A model generated the notes under the pieces. The model did not search any database. It had not been told where the DNA came from and saw only the letters and a list, made by a program, of their open reading frames with translations. This document shows, one piece after another, positions 11,289 through 22,176 of a DNA stretch of 64,000 nt. Source of the stretch: Cyanobacteriota bacterium (lineage in GTDB: Bacteria > Cyanobacteriota > Cyanobacteriia > Cyanobacteriales > Nostocaceae); NCBI GenBank assembly GCA_046045965.1, contig JBJOKS010000018.1:1-64000 (forward strand), written 5' to 3'. Position 1 is the stretch's first letter; the number at the start of each line of letters is the position of its first letter. A program made the position numbers and the translations under genes.

Positions 11289-12359
11289 TTATATTTCAAT
11301 TGTAAAAATTGCCCCTTGTGGTTGATTACTTTCTACCGTGATTTTTCCACCATGTGCTTCAACTGTCATTTTACAGAAAGCCAGACCTAAACCAATCTGA
11401 GATGCTGCTTGTTTGAAAGTGCCGATTTCGTATTTCTCAAAAATGATTTGGCGTAATTCTTCTTTCACTCCTGAGCCTGAATCAGCTACTTGAATTTTAG
11501 CTTTTCCTGGGGCTTGATAATCAGCGTGTAAAACAATTTGACTATATGGTTTTGTGAATTTAATTGCATTAGACAGCAAATTATCAATAACTCGACGGAA
11601 CAAGTTTACATCCAAACTAATACTACCACCTGGTTTGGGTAGATCAGTGATTAGTTCTAGATTTTTGTGAATTATAGCTGGTTGAATATCAGAAATTGCT
11701 AAGGAACAGAGTTCACAGATATCAACATCTGTGCGTTGCAGAATTAACTTTCCTGAATCTAATTTTGCCATCAGTAGTAAACTATCAATCATGGCTTGTA
11801 ATTGTTGTCCAGATGCAATGATCTGATTGCTTTTTTGAAACTGACGTTCAGTTGATAAATTACCAACGCGCAACATTTCTGCGGAAAGAATAATTGAAGT
11901 TAAGGGATTCCGTAAATCATGAACTATCATATTAGAAAGGTCTTCCCGCAAGTGTAACATTTCTTGGAGAGAATCATATTGTTGTTTGATGCGTAACATG
12001 GATCTAACTCGCGATCGCAGTTCTATGGCATTTACAGGTTTACTAATAAAATCGTCAGCACCTACAGCTATACATTCAGCTAAATCTTCTTTAGAACTCA
12101 AAGCCGTAACCATAATTACGGGAATATGTTTCCATTGAGAATTTGATTTGAATTTCTCACAAAATTGGATACCATTCATTTGCGGCATCATCACATCCAG
12201 CAAAATTACATCGGGCTGAAAAGAAGCTAGAAGATCCAGTGCTTGTAGTCCATTAGCCACATAACTTAAGTCATAACCTTCACTATCTAATAAGGCATCA
12301 ATAACATCAAAGTTATCAGGCTCATCATCAATAATTAAAATCTTTGCTGGCGTTTCCAT
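11289..12359 (-). CDS. Hybrid REC-histidine kinase
   Basis: LLDVMMPQMNG, VHDLRNPL, NLLSNAIKFT, GLGLAFC. Confidence 0.93.
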   Translation of the reverse strand: METPAKILIIDDEPDNFDVIDALLDSEGYDLSYVANGLQALDLLASFQPDVILLDVMMPQMNGIQFCEKFKSNSQWKHIPVIMVTALSSKEDLAECIAVGADDFISKPVNAIELRSRVRSMLRIKQQYDSLQEMLHLREDLSNMIVHDLRNPLTSIILSAEMLRVGNLSTERQFQKSNQIIASGQQLQAMIDSLLLMAKLDSGKLILQRTDVDICELCSLAISDIQPAIIHKNLELITDLPKPGGSISLDVNLFRRVIDNLLSNAIKFTKPYSQIVLHADYQAPGKAKIQVADSGSGVKEELRQIIFEKYEIGTFKQAASQIGLGLAFCKMTVEAHGGKITVESNQPQGAIFTIEI

Positions 12360-12442
12360 TATTAGTTACTAGTTATTAGTCATTAGTTATTAGTTATTAG
12401 TTATTACTTATTAGTGGCAGAAGGCAAAAACTCTGTACCCTG

Positions 12443-15400
12443 TCACCTGTAAGCCATTCCCTGATTTAAAAGTTGTTGAATTTTATCTGCTAGAAATTTA
12501 AGTTTAACTGGTTTAGTTAAATAATCATTAGCTCCTGCTGCAATACATTTTTCTTGATCCCCAGCCATAGCTAATGCTGTCAAAGCAATAATTGGCGTAT
12601 TTATAAACTGGTGATCGGCACGAATGAGACGCATTGCTTGTAATCCATCCATACCAGGCATTTGAATATCCATGAGAATTAAATTAGGATGTTGTTCTTT
12701 AGTGAGAGTAACAGCTTCTTGACCATTTTTTGCCATAATTATGTTATATCCCCTAGCACCTAGATAGTTGGAGATAGTGGCAATATTGGCTTCATTGTCT
12801 TCTGCCAGCAGGATGAGATATGGGGAAGTTGATTCAATTGGTGCGGCAACTGGGGTAGTTGTGGGAGCAATAATCACTGCATTTGTTGAAGAATTATCTG
12901 CTGTTAGAAGTTTATTTAATATTTGTCGGATTTGGTTGCGGCTAATGGGTTTAACGAAGTAATCAGTTGCTCCCAAAGATAATGCTTGCGATCGCTCATC
13001 AACTACCGAAATCACAATTACAGGAATATTTTTCGTTTGGGGATGTGCTTTTAGCTGCTCTAGAACTTCCCACCCAGATAAGTTGGGTAACTGGATATCT
13101 AAAAGTATCAGCAACGGATTAAGAGATATGGCTTGATCAATTGCTCCGTCACCCCTCCTATAAATTGTAGTTTCCATATTCAGTTCATGCAAATATCGGG
13201 CCACCTGTTCTGCTGCAACTATGGAATCTTCGATAATCAGCACCCGTAAATTTTCAGATTTATGATGCGGTAATACTTGATAAGTGGTAGGTAATAGAGT
13301 TTTTTTCTCATCTTCCGATTTCCCGATACAGGGTATGCGAACTGTAAAACAGCTACCTTCACCTACCTCACTAGTTACTATTATTTGACCACCATGCAAC
13401 TCTACCAGTCGCTGTACTAAAGCTAAACCCAATCCTGTACCATTGTGCTGACGGTTCAAACTACTGTCGATCTGCACAAAAGGTTGAAACAGTTTATCTA
13501 ACTCTTCCTTCGCAACTCCAATTCCGGTGTCAATTACTGAAAAGCAAATCCATTGGAGGCAGGAGGAAAGGGAGGATTTTTCGCCAATTCCCCCATCTTC
13601 GACACTTCCCATTTGCTGTACCACTAACTTAACGCTGCCACCGTTGGGAGTGAATTTTACGGCGTTGTTGAGCAAATTAATCAGCATCTGACGAATACGA
13701 CGTTCATCTACAACTAAATCTGGTAGATTGGGAGGGATTTCTACAGATAGCTGAATATTTTTTTTCAGTGCCTGTTGTTTAACAAATGTCAAACTGGAAT
13801 CACAAAGATAGCTACAAGCAACAGGTGCGAGTTGTAGTTCTAGTTTGCCGGCTTCAACTTTGGAGAGATCAAGAATATCATTAATCAATTCTAGTAAGTG
13901 TTTACCGCTCCGTTCAATAGTTTTGATGGCTTGTTTTTGGCGATCGCTAATTTGATCAAAAACTCCCTCTAACAACCCTTCTGACATTCCCAAAATCGCA
14001 TTCAGAGGAGTCCGCAGTTCGTGACTCATATTCGCTAAAAATTCATCTTTAAGGCGAGTAGCGCGGGCAAGTTCGGCATTAGTTTGGCGTAATTCTGCTT
14101 CCATTTGCTTGCGTTCTGTCATTTCTAAAGCCGCACCAATAATTTGCGTGGGTTGATTTTCAGCATCCCGGCTAAATACGGTATCATGACTGAGAAACCA
14201 GTGCCAGTTACCTTGGATATCGCGCATTCTATATTCAATTTCCCTGATATCTTCATCCTTGGCTGTGGCAAAATGAGCATGATATTCAACTATTTTGGGC
14301 AGATCATCAGGATGGGAGATTTTCAGCATAAATTCTGACCCCATACTGTGTATTTCTGTGGGAGAATAGCCTAGTAATCGCGTAATTTCTCGGTTAATGT
14401 AAATATTGCGTTTTTCTTGCAAATCGTAAATGTAAAGGATATCTGGACTGGCTTCGGTGATCCTTTCAATTAAATACTGACTTTCTTTTAAAGCCATTTC
14501 GGCTTTTTTCCGATCAGTGATATCAAGAGCGGCACAGGTTACACCTTCTATTTCACCATTGCGATCGCGTAGTGGATCAATTGTCAACACATAACAAATA
14601 AAATTATCTTCTGTACCAATGACAATTTCTTCTCTTATGCCTTGACCTGTTTCTATCACCTGACGTTTCCAAGTTTCTAATTTTTCGGCATCTTTAGCTA
14701 GGAAAAGATCAGTATCCAACTTACCAACTACATCTTCAACTTTATAGCCCAAAGCAGGGTTATAAATCCAGGTGTAACGCAGATTAAGGTCTTGGTTAAA
14801 TACGACAATAGGCGAATTATTTAAAGCAATGCGAAATCTTTCTTCACTGTAGCGCAAGGCTTCTTCCGCACTACGTCTGCTGGTAATATCTTCATAAGTT
14901 CCCAAAATCCCAATAATATTACCATCAGCGTCCCGTAATGGAACTTTATTGGTTTCTATCCACATTAAAGAACCATCATGTTTATGGAAAGTTTCTTGGA
15001 TGTGCAGTTGTGGTTGACCAGTTGTCATGACAAGGTGGTCGCATTCTAGGTAAAAATCAACTTCTTCACGAGTTGCAGACATATCATAAGGATCTTGTCC
15101 GATAACTTCTTCTGGGGTTTGACCAGCATCTTCAGCAAACTTGCGGTTACAACCTCTTACCACTGATTGAAGATCTTTCCAGAAAACACGCTGCGGGATT
15201 GTATCCAATACCAATTGCAGCATAGCCTGTGATTCTTGTAAAGCAGTAGTTCTTTGCTCAACTCTAGCTTCTAGTTCTTCATTAAGTTGCTGTAATTCTG
15301 CTTCTGCTTCCTTGCGTTCGGTAATATCTTCAGCAAAACCAGCAATACGGTAAATTATACCCTGTTCATTGGCGATGGGAAAAGCGCGATCGCGAATCCA

Positions 15401-18322
15401 GCGCACTGTCCCATCAGGTTGAATAATCCTGTATTCTTGATCATATTCACCTGGTGTAATTTGATTTGGCAGAGATTTGATTACCTGTTCTCGATCATCT
15501 TCGTGAATAGCAGTAACCCAGGTTATCGGTTGCTGGTAAAGGTTCTCCAGACTCCGACCCCAAATTTTTTCATACTGGGGACTGACAAAAATTATCTCCG
15601 ACTTTTCTATATTCGTCATCCAAATTACTTCCGGCAAATTCTCGGCAATTTGTCGAAACCGTTCTTCACTATTTCTCAGGGCAATTTCTGCCTGTTCCCG
15701 TTCTTTTAATGCAGCTTGCCGCTCACTAATATCCACAAATGTGACTACTACTTGTTTTAAACTGCCATCGTTATTAAATTCAGGAAAAGCATTCACCAAT
15801 AACCAAATTTGGGTTTTACTTTGAGGTCTATTCACCCCAACTACATAGTTAGTCAGGGGTTTAAGTGTAGAGATTACCTTATTAATTGGATATTCTGAAG
15901 ATGGCATTAATGTTTCATCTTCCCTCAAAAAATGCCAAGCTGGATCAACGGCTGTTTTTCCCTGCATTTGCGAGATAGTTAATTCTAAAAGTTCGCAAGC
16001 TTTAGCATTACAGGTGATAATAGAAGTATCGACTGCATGAACAACCAAACCCAAGGGTAAATTTTCTACCAACAGTCGATATTTAGCTTCACTTTGACGC
16101 AATAATTCTTCAGTTTGTTTTAACTCAGTAATGTCTGAAAGTGACATCAAAAAAGCATTTTGTCCTTCCCAAGCAATAGCCGCAGCTTGCATATTCACCG
16201 TCCGTCGCTGGCCAGATGCTTGTAAAACTTCAATTTCTTCTATTCGATGAGTATCATAATCACAAGGGAGGGCAAAAGGCCAGCCGCAGAGCATTTCAAT
16301 ATCCCTACCAAACATCCTTGCAGCTGCCGGGTTGACGAAGAGTATATTACCTTGCCGATCAACGGTGACAAGACCACTAGCACTGGTTTCAACTATGGTT
16401 CGCAAGCGTTGTTCACTATCTTGTAATGCTTTTTCTACTTGTTTGCGTTCAGTGATGTTGCGACAGGAATACAGCAGTGTACCGCTACCAATTTTGACCT
16501 GTTTTACATTCACCAAGACTGTATATTTTCTACCATGTTTATCAACAATATCACGCTCAATGTTGGCAATCTCACCAGACAAAGCTAACTGTTGCGGGTC
16601 AAATAGATCCTGACCAAGTAGAAATTTAATGTTTCCCATCTGAGTGACATCTGCTACTGAATAACCAAAGAGAATATCGACATTAGGACAGATAAAAGTA
16701 AATTTACCCTGGTCATCAGTAATAAATAAGGCATCAGAAATGGTACTCAGGGTAGTGCGGTACAGTTCTTCAGACTGGGATAAAGCAGCTTCGGCACGTT
16801 GTCGTTCTTGAAGTTCTAGCTGGATGCGATGATAGAGATCCGCTTGTTGGATAGCAATGGCTACATGAATAGACAGCTGTTGTAGTAGTTCGGTTTCTTC
16901 TGGTTGCCAAATTCGTGGAGCGTCATTTTGACAGGCCAGCATTAATCCCCAAAGTTGATCACCAACAACAATCGGTACTAATATTTTAGCTCTGATTTGC
17001 AGACTTTCTAATAGTTGCCGATGACAGGGACTCATATCATCTGTAGTAATATCATCAACAACTTGAATCCTGCCATGAATATATTGTTCGATCCAATCAG
17101 GTGTAAAACAAGGGTCGCTGACTAGTTGCCCTAGTAAGGATAACCATCCTGCTTTTACGTCTTCAGCAATGACGATACCGTTGCCATCAGTATAACATTG
17201 ATAGATGAGAACGCGATCACAATTCAAAAATTGTCGCACTTCCAGAGCGATCGCATTCAGGGTTTCTTGCAAGTCTAATGATATCCTAATCCGGCTAGTA
17301 ATCCCACTCAATAGCCGTTCCCGTTGTGCCTGTGCTTGCAACTCTGCGGTACGTTTTTTTACTTCTCCTTCTAGTTCTGCGTTTCTAATCTGCAATAACT
17401 CCAGCTTTTCAACCTCTAACCGCGATACCTCCTGTTTGAGATTGTCTACTAAAGTATAAATATCCAAAGGATTCAAGGCTTGTAATAAGGTAGTTTGTGT
17501 AACAATTCCTAGTAATTCTCCTTGTTCACCAGTAATCACAACCCGATTGATACGCCTGGATTGCATGAGCATTAATACTGACCAGAGAGTTTCTTTTGGT
17601 GACAAAGAAAAAACCGGACTACTCATGACTGTTTGCGCCTGAATGCTCTGCAAATCCAGCCCTAAGGCCTGAAACTGCACAATATCGCGTTCAGTCATAA
17701 TCCCTACTGGTATTAGCAGAGAATTTTGCTCTTCGGCAATGATCACCGAACTGACGTTATCCCGCGCCATTAACTTGGTGATATCTAGCACAGAAGTTTG
17801 GGGAGTAGCTTTGACGAGGCGAAAGTTCATAACTTCCGATACAAGACGCAAACGCAACAGGTCTACAGGTTTCAGCAATTGACGCAAGCTTTCGTGAGTC
17901 AGCAGTCCTACTATTTGTCCATGCTCGTCTAGAATTGGTAAATGACGAATCCGATGGCGTTGAAAAAGATTGAGCGCCACAAAAATATCCGTAAATTCGG
18001 ACTGCTTCATGGTGATTACACAGTGAGTCATCACATCCGAGATCGCCACTCCGGCAATTTTTCGCCCCTCCGCACTCAATCTCACCACATCTCTCTCTGT
18101 AAAAATTCCTATTAATTGAGTTCCCTCCATCACAAGTACACAACTAGCTCGGCAATCAGTTAACAGATAACTGGTATCCTCTTCCGGTAATGTGCAACTT
18201 CCTCTGGCGTTACTCATGAGGGCGATCGCATCAGTTGCTAATGTATTCGCAGTCACAACTAAGGGAGTATCAGCAACTGCCTGTTCTAGATTGTTTACTT
18301 CGATCAGGGAAGAGAACAACAT
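12443..18322 (-). CDS. Multi-sensor hybrid kinase: 4 CBS, DXCF cyanobacteriochrome GAF, about 7 PAS, HisKA, HATPase, 2 REC
   Basis: GIFTERDVV and GIMTERDIV CBS repeats; SDPCF and SPCH in the GAF; repeated DITERK PAS ends; MSHELRTPLN; two receiver domains. Confidence 0.92.
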   Translation of the reverse strand: MLFSSLIEVNNLEQAVADTPLVVTANTLATDAIALMSNARGSCTLPEEDTSYLLTDCRASCVLVMEGTQLIGIFTERDVVRLSAEGRKIAGVAISDVMTHCVITMKQSEFTDIFVALNLFQRHRIRHLPILDEHGQIVGLLTHESLRQLLKPVDLLRLRLVSEVMNFRLVKATPQTSVLDITKLMARDNVSSVIIAEEQNSLLIPVGIMTERDIVQFQALGLDLQSIQAQTVMSSPVFSLSPKETLWSVLMLMQSRRINRVVITGEQGELLGIVTQTTLLQALNPLDIYTLVDNLKQEVSRLEVEKLELLQIRNAELEGEVKKRTAELQAQAQRERLLSGITSRIRISLDLQETLNAIALEVRQFLNCDRVLIYQCYTDGNGIVIAEDVKAGWLSLLGQLVSDPCFTPDWIEQYIHGRIQVVDDITTDDMSPCHRQLLESLQIRAKILVPIVVGDQLWGLMLACQNDAPRIWQPEETELLQQLSIHVAIAIQQADLYHRIQLELQERQRAEAALSQSEELYRTTLSTISDALFITDDQGKFTFICPNVDILFGYSVADVTQMGNIKFLLGQDLFDPQQLALSGEIANIERDIVDKHGRKYTVLVNVKQVKIGSGTLLYSCRNITERKQVEKALQDSEQRLRTIVETSASGLVTVDRQGNILFVNPAAARMFGRDIEMLCGWPFALPCDYDTHRIEEIEVLQASGQRRTVNMQAAAIAWEGQNAFLMSLSDITELKQTEELLRQSEAKYRLLVENLPLGLVVHAVDTSIITCNAKACELLELTISQMQGKTAVDPAWHFLREDETLMPSSEYPINKVISTLKPLTNYVVGVNRPQSKTQIWLLVNAFPEFNNDGSLKQVVVTFVDISERQAALKEREQAEIALRNSEERFRQIAENLPEVIWMTNIEKSEIIFVSPQYEKIWGRSLENLYQQPITWVTAIHEDDREQVIKSLPNQITPGEYDQEYRIIQPDGTVRWIRDRAFPIANEQGIIYRIAGFAEDITERKEAEAELQQLNEELEARVEQRTTALQESQAMLQLVLDTIPQRVFWKDLQSVVRGCNRKFAEDAGQTPEEVIGQDPYDMSATREEVDFYLECDHLVMTTGQPQLHIQETFHKHDGSLMWIETNKVPLRDADGNIIGILGTYEDITSRRSAEEALRYSEERFRIALNNSPIVVFNQDLNLRYTWIYNPALGYKVEDVVGKLDTDLFLAKDAEKLETWKRQVIETGQGIREEIVIGTEDNFICYVLTIDPLRDRNGEIEGVTCAALDITDRKKAEMALKESQYLIERITEASPDILYIYDLQEKRNIYINREITRLLGYSPTEIHSMGSEFMLKISHPDDLPKIVEYHAHFATAKDEDIREIEYRMRDIQGNWHWFLSHDTVFSRDAENQPTQIIGAALEMTERKQMEAELRQTNAELARATRLKDEFLANMSHELRTPLNAILGMSEGLLEGVFDQISDRQKQAIKTIERSGKHLLELINDILDLSKVEAGKLELQLAPVACSYLCDSSLTFVKQQALKKNIQLSVEIPPNLPDLVVDERRIRQMLINLLNNAVKFTPNGGSVKLVVQQMGSVEDGGIGEKSSLSSCLQWICFSVIDTGIGVAKEELDKLFQPFVQIDSSLNRQHNGTGLGLALVQRLVELHGGQIIVTSEVGEGSCFTVRIPCIGKSEDEKKTLLPTTYQVLPHHKSENLRVLIIEDSIVAAEQVARYLHELNMETTIYRRGDGAIDQAISLNPLLILLDIQLPNLSGWEVLEQLKAHPQTKNIPVIVISVVDERSQALSLGATDYFVKPISRNQIRQILNKLLTADNSSTNAVIIAPTTTPVAAPIESTSPYLILLAEDNEANIATISNYLGARGYNIIMAKNGQEAVTLTKEQHPNLILMDIQMPGMDGLQAMRLIRADHQFINTPIIALTALAMAGDQEKCIAAGANDYLTKPVKLKFLADKIQQLLNQGMAYR

Positions 18323-18415
18323 TATTTTTTAAGATCATGTTTCCTTATTTTCTAATTTTACGAAAAAATATCCCTAATTCTTGTAAATCAATGCTTGGGG
18401 CTGAAAGGTTTTTTC

Positions 18416-19192
18416 TCACGGCAACTTAGTACCGCATCTTTTACAAAACTCAGCATCTGTATCATGAAACTTTAAACCGCAACTTGAACAAACATTTTCG
18501 ATCTGATTAGCAGTTTTTACCAATCGTTTAATTAAATCTCCCACCTGCCAAGGAATCAAAGCTACTCCTGTTAAAATCATCAATACAGTGAGCAACCGCC
18601 CTAATTCAGAAATTGGTGTTAAATCTCCAAATCCTACGGTTGTCATCGTCACAACTGAAAAATAAAAGGCATCTAAAAAAGTGCCAAAGTTTTGCGAGTT
18701 AACTGGATGCTCAACTTGATAAATTAAGCCAGAATAAACAAAAATAATAGCAAATAATGTAAATAATATTCGCGTAAAAATTACGCTATCTTCACTGCTG
18801 ATACTCTTAAATAAAAATCTACTATCTATAAACCTGAGTAATCTTAAAATTCTAAACCATCGCAATAAGCGGATAAATCTAATATCTACAAAGCCGATTA
18901 AAGATGGTAAAATAGCCATTAAATCAATAATTGAATAAAAACTAAAAACATATTTAAGTTTATTTTCTGCACTCCATAAACGGAGTAAATATTCTATAGA
19001 AAAAATTATTAATATGCAGGTATTTAATGCCTTTAATTCTAAACGAGCATCATTAGAAATATTATAAGTTTCTGCCACAAAAATCCCTGATGATAATAAA
19101 ACTAGAGAAGCAATTGTTAAATTGATTATTTTACCAATTGGTGTTTCTAAGTCAGTTAAATAAAATTCTATTTTTGCTCGATTTAGTAACAT
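18416..19192 (-). CDS. 6-TM potassium channel (ion transporter) with C-terminal zinc ribbon
   Basis: S4-like IRFIRLLRWFRILRLLR, pore TMTTVGFGD, CSSC...CKRC. Confidence 0.9.
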   Translation of the reverse strand: MLLNRAKIEFYLTDLETPIGKIINLTIASLVLLSSGIFVAETYNISNDARLELKALNTCILIIFSIEYLLRLWSAENKLKYVFSFYSIIDLMAILPSLIGFVDIRFIRLLRWFRILRLLRFIDSRFLFKSISSEDSVIFTRILFTLFAIIFVYSGLIYQVEHPVNSQNFGTFLDAFYFSVVTMTTVGFGDLTPISELGRLLTVLMILTGVALIPWQVGDLIKRLVKTANQIENVCSSCGLKFHDTDAEFCKRCGTKLP

Positions 19193-19283
19193 AATGTAAC
19201 CCCAAATAAATTAGCTAATTCACAGAGATCACACCAAAAATGCGCTATAATGAAAAATTATGCTATTCCAATGTCCTGTGAAG

Positions 19284-19718
19284 ATGAACCAAGAATACCA
19301 AGAATATTTTATGCGTCTAGCAATAGAAGAAGCAAAAAAAGGAGATGCGCCTTATGGGACTGTGATAGTTAAAGATCATCAAGTAGTTGCAGCCGCTTAT
19401 AATACTGTTAGACGAGATAGTGATCCATCAGCCCATGCAGAAATTAATGTCATTCGCAGTTTAACCGCGCAACTAAAAAAACCCTCTTTAGAAGGCTATT
19501 GTATATATACCACTGGCGAACCTTGTCCTATGTGTGCTACAGCTTGTGTATGGGCTGGGATATCGGAAATTATCTATGGTGCTTCAATAGCAGATTTAAT
19601 TGCCATTCATCAAGGACAAATTAGTATATCTTGTGAAGAAGTTATAGCTAAATCATTTAGAGAAATTAAGGTAACGAAAGGAATTTTAAGGAAAGATTGT
19701 CTAGAATTATTTGCATAA
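19284..19718 (+). CDS. Nucleoside/guanine deaminase family protein
   Basis: HAE...EPCPMC zinc motif. Start taken at ATG 19284 (MNQEY); the ORF track starts at 19260. Confidence 0.85.
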   Translation: MNQEYQEYFMRLAIEEAKKGDAPYGTVIVKDHQVVAAAYNTVRRDSDPSAHAEINVIRSLTAQLKKPSLEGYCIYTTGEPCPMCATACVWAGISEIIYGASIADLIAIHQGQISISCEEVIAKSFREIKVTKGILRKDCLELFA

Positions 19719-19835
19719 AAAAGCCCCAGTAATATACCAGGGCGTTTGAATTTATGGCTAAAGGTAACAAGTGTTAAGAAAAAAAAGTACCAGAAATTTT
19801 ATTAAATTAATCTGATTAACTTTCCAGACTTGCGC

Positions 19836-20390
19836 TTACATAGAGGATGCACCAGTGGCAATAAGTCGTTTGAATAAGGCTTCTGACCAACCAGTTTCTC
19901 TAAGTACCGCAGTTGAGGAAACTTCTACATAAGCTTGCTCAATAAAAGCTAAATCAATCATACAAATTCTACCCAATGCTTCTTGCAATACCTCTGGTTT
20001 GCCATCAATTTTCAGCTTTTTACCAACTTCATGCACGACAACTGACATAGCTGGAACTACGTGCTGAGGGCCTATTCCAATTTTGACATGGACAAGTCCA
20101 ATATGCCAACGACAATTAGCGTAGGCTGAACCCCAATCATCTATGCCAGTAAACATTTGATGAAACCATTCAACAAATGTTTCATGTAGACGGTGAATTC
20201 GTCCCTCAGTTTTATTTAAAATGGCATTCATTTCTTCATCACGTCCTAAATAAGCATAGAAGTGATCAGCCATAATGGGTGCGCTTTCTAGCCCCCAATC
20301 TGCGTGGACGTTAAGAATAGCTTTATCTTCAGAAGTTAAACCAACTCTTCTTTCCATCGTTTGCATAAAAACGCTAGGTTCTACAGTCAT
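19836..20390 (-). CDS. Stand-alone protoglobin / sensor-globin domain protein
   Basis: VGLTSEDKAIL start, FYAYL (B10 Tyr), IGLVHVKIGI proximal His motif. Confidence 0.85.
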   Translation of the reverse strand: MTVEPSVFMQTMERRVGLTSEDKAILNVHADWGLESAPIMADHFYAYLGRDEEMNAILNKTEGRIHRLHETFVEWFHQMFTGIDDWGSAYANCRWHIGLVHVKIGIGPQHVVPAMSVVVHEVGKKLKIDGKPEVLQEALGRICMIDLAFIEQAYVEVSSTAVLRETGWSEALFKRLIATGASSM

Positions 20391-20461
20391 AACTAGTCCT
20401 TTTTTATTGTTTATTGTTTACTATGTATCTTCCCTGTGAACACCAAAATTACTTTTTAAAA

Positions 20462-21379
20462 TTAAGCAGTTTTACTGCGGAGAAAACCAACTAAATTTTT
20501 CAGGAATGATTGACTAACAGCAGGTTTTTCTGTTGGCTTTTCTGTGGGTTTAGTTGCAGGTACGGTTTCCGGCACTGGTTCTGGAAAAGTAATTGTGGGA
20601 GCAGGAGTAGAAAGAGGATCTTCTAAAGTGAATGTGGGTGTAGCAGCAACCATGAAATACTCTTCTGCTAAACCAACTACAATTAGTCGGAAAGCAATTT
20701 GTTGTACATTTGCTATCGGTAGATTGATTTGATTAGCAATGTACTGTAAAGAAACCTGTCCATTGACAAATTCCCACACTTGCCATTCTTGAGCATTTAG
20801 CTGTAGTTTGGGCTGTTTGACCATCAAACCCGATAAACCCGAAGTAGGGTCTGGAAGTTTTTCTTCTAAAGCTCTCCAATCTCGTAATGCACGCAGTCCA
20901 ATTAATATGACCTCAGTTGCAGACATACTCAAGCCAGTCATTTCCCCTAAAGGTAATGTTGGTGTTGGCTCAAATCTAAATAGAGCATCCTTGACTTGGA
21001 ATAAGCCACATACTGGACGCAAAACTTGGCTATTAAATAGTAGTTTTAGTTGTTCTGGTTGTAGTAGTCCTTGAGATTTGAGACACAAACCTAGTGGTGA
21101 GTTGACAAAACAAGCGGAAATTTGAGTTACTCTAGAAATTACTCGCTCGCTTATCCATCCCCTTTGAGCAATCATTAATGTTAAAGCTTGTTGATCTAAA
21201 CGATCAGCAGCAGCAACTACACGACCTTGGTGTAACCAGATATAATAGACTTGCTTTTTCTTTTTATCATTTTCCTCAGCTAAAAATTCAATGTAAAGTA
21301 TTCCGGTTTTTTTACCTTGATCTAAAAACTGAAGGAGTTCGGGTAAGGAAAAATCTGCAAAGTTACCAGTAATAGTCAT
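20462..21379 (-). CDS. DUF4388/PATAN domain protein
   Basis: GNFADFSLPELLQFLDQGKKTGIL, YIWLHQGRVVAA, C-terminal wHTH-like segment. Confidence 0.85.
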   Translation of the reverse strand: MTITGNFADFSLPELLQFLDQGKKTGILYIEFLAEENDKKKKQVYYIWLHQGRVVAAADRLDQQALTLMIAQRGWISERVISRVTQISACFVNSPLGLCLKSQGLLQPEQLKLLFNSQVLRPVCGLFQVKDALFRFEPTPTLPLGEMTGLSMSATEVILIGLRALRDWRALEEKLPDPTSGLSGLMVKQPKLQLNAQEWQVWEFVNGQVSLQYIANQINLPIANVQQIAFRLIVVGLAEEYFMVAATPTFTLEDPLSTPAPTITFPEPVPETVPATKPTEKPTEKPAVSQSFLKNLVGFLRSKTA

Positions 21380-21469
21380 AATCCACCTCCCGCCTGGGGG
21401 AATTAAAATAGTTAACTAATCAGAATAATTTTCTACAAAAATGATTTGTCTGCTGACTGCTGCGGTAAA

Positions 21470-22009
21470 TTAAACTGCACAACTTTCCATTAAATGCTGC
21501 ACTAGGACAATTACTGCTTCAGCTACAGAATCTCCTTGATTAGGGTTGACTCTAACCATAGGAGGTCGTTGAGCTTCATCAACATATCCAAGAGCAAGAT
21601 ACACATCTTCTTCAGACCAAGCTCCAGCACAATCTGTATGTGTGAGACCAAGAATCATGGGAATGTCAGCGCGTTCTTGCATAAAGTTGAGAATTTTACG
21701 TACATAACGAAATTCTCTAGCTCGATGTGCTGCTATCAGTACGATATAAGCATGAGCTTTGCGAATTAAAATATCCCACATGAAATCAAAACGAGACTGA
21801 CCAGGTGTACCATACAGGTGTAAAGCCATGTCGGGTCCAAATTGCAGCCGACCAAAGTCAAATGCTACTGTAGTTCTTTGTTTGAGTAATGCTGTTTCAT
21901 CTGTGGCACGGGTATCTGTATCTACAACTTCAATTTCACTGACGGAGCGGATAAAAGTGGACTTTCCCGCGCCTACAGATCCCGTCACCATCAAGCGCAT
22001 AATCTCCAT
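21470..22009 (-). CDS. MglA-like small GTPase
   Basis: G1 GSVGAGKST, RTTVAFDFG, G3 YGTPGQSRF, G4 variant THTD. Confidence 0.9.
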   Translation of the reverse strand: MEIMRLMVTGSVGAGKSTFIRSVSEIEVVDTDTRATDETALLKQRTTVAFDFGRLQFGPDMALHLYGTPGQSRFDFMWDILIRKAHAYIVLIAAHRAREFRYVRKILNFMQERADIPMILGLTHTDCAGAWSEEDVYLALGYVDEAQRPPMVRVNPNQGDSVAEAVIVLVQHLMESCAV

Positions 22010-22176
22010 GTTTATTTACTCCATAAATAAACAATTAATAAGTCATTATTCACTAGTTTGACTAAGCTCCTCAATGTTGTTTACAGCTTTTTGGTATTAG
22101 GTCAAAAGTTCCCTCACTTAATTTGATATTTATTTAGGAGGGAACTTAGAATTGAGTGACTTTTGTTATAGATCAT

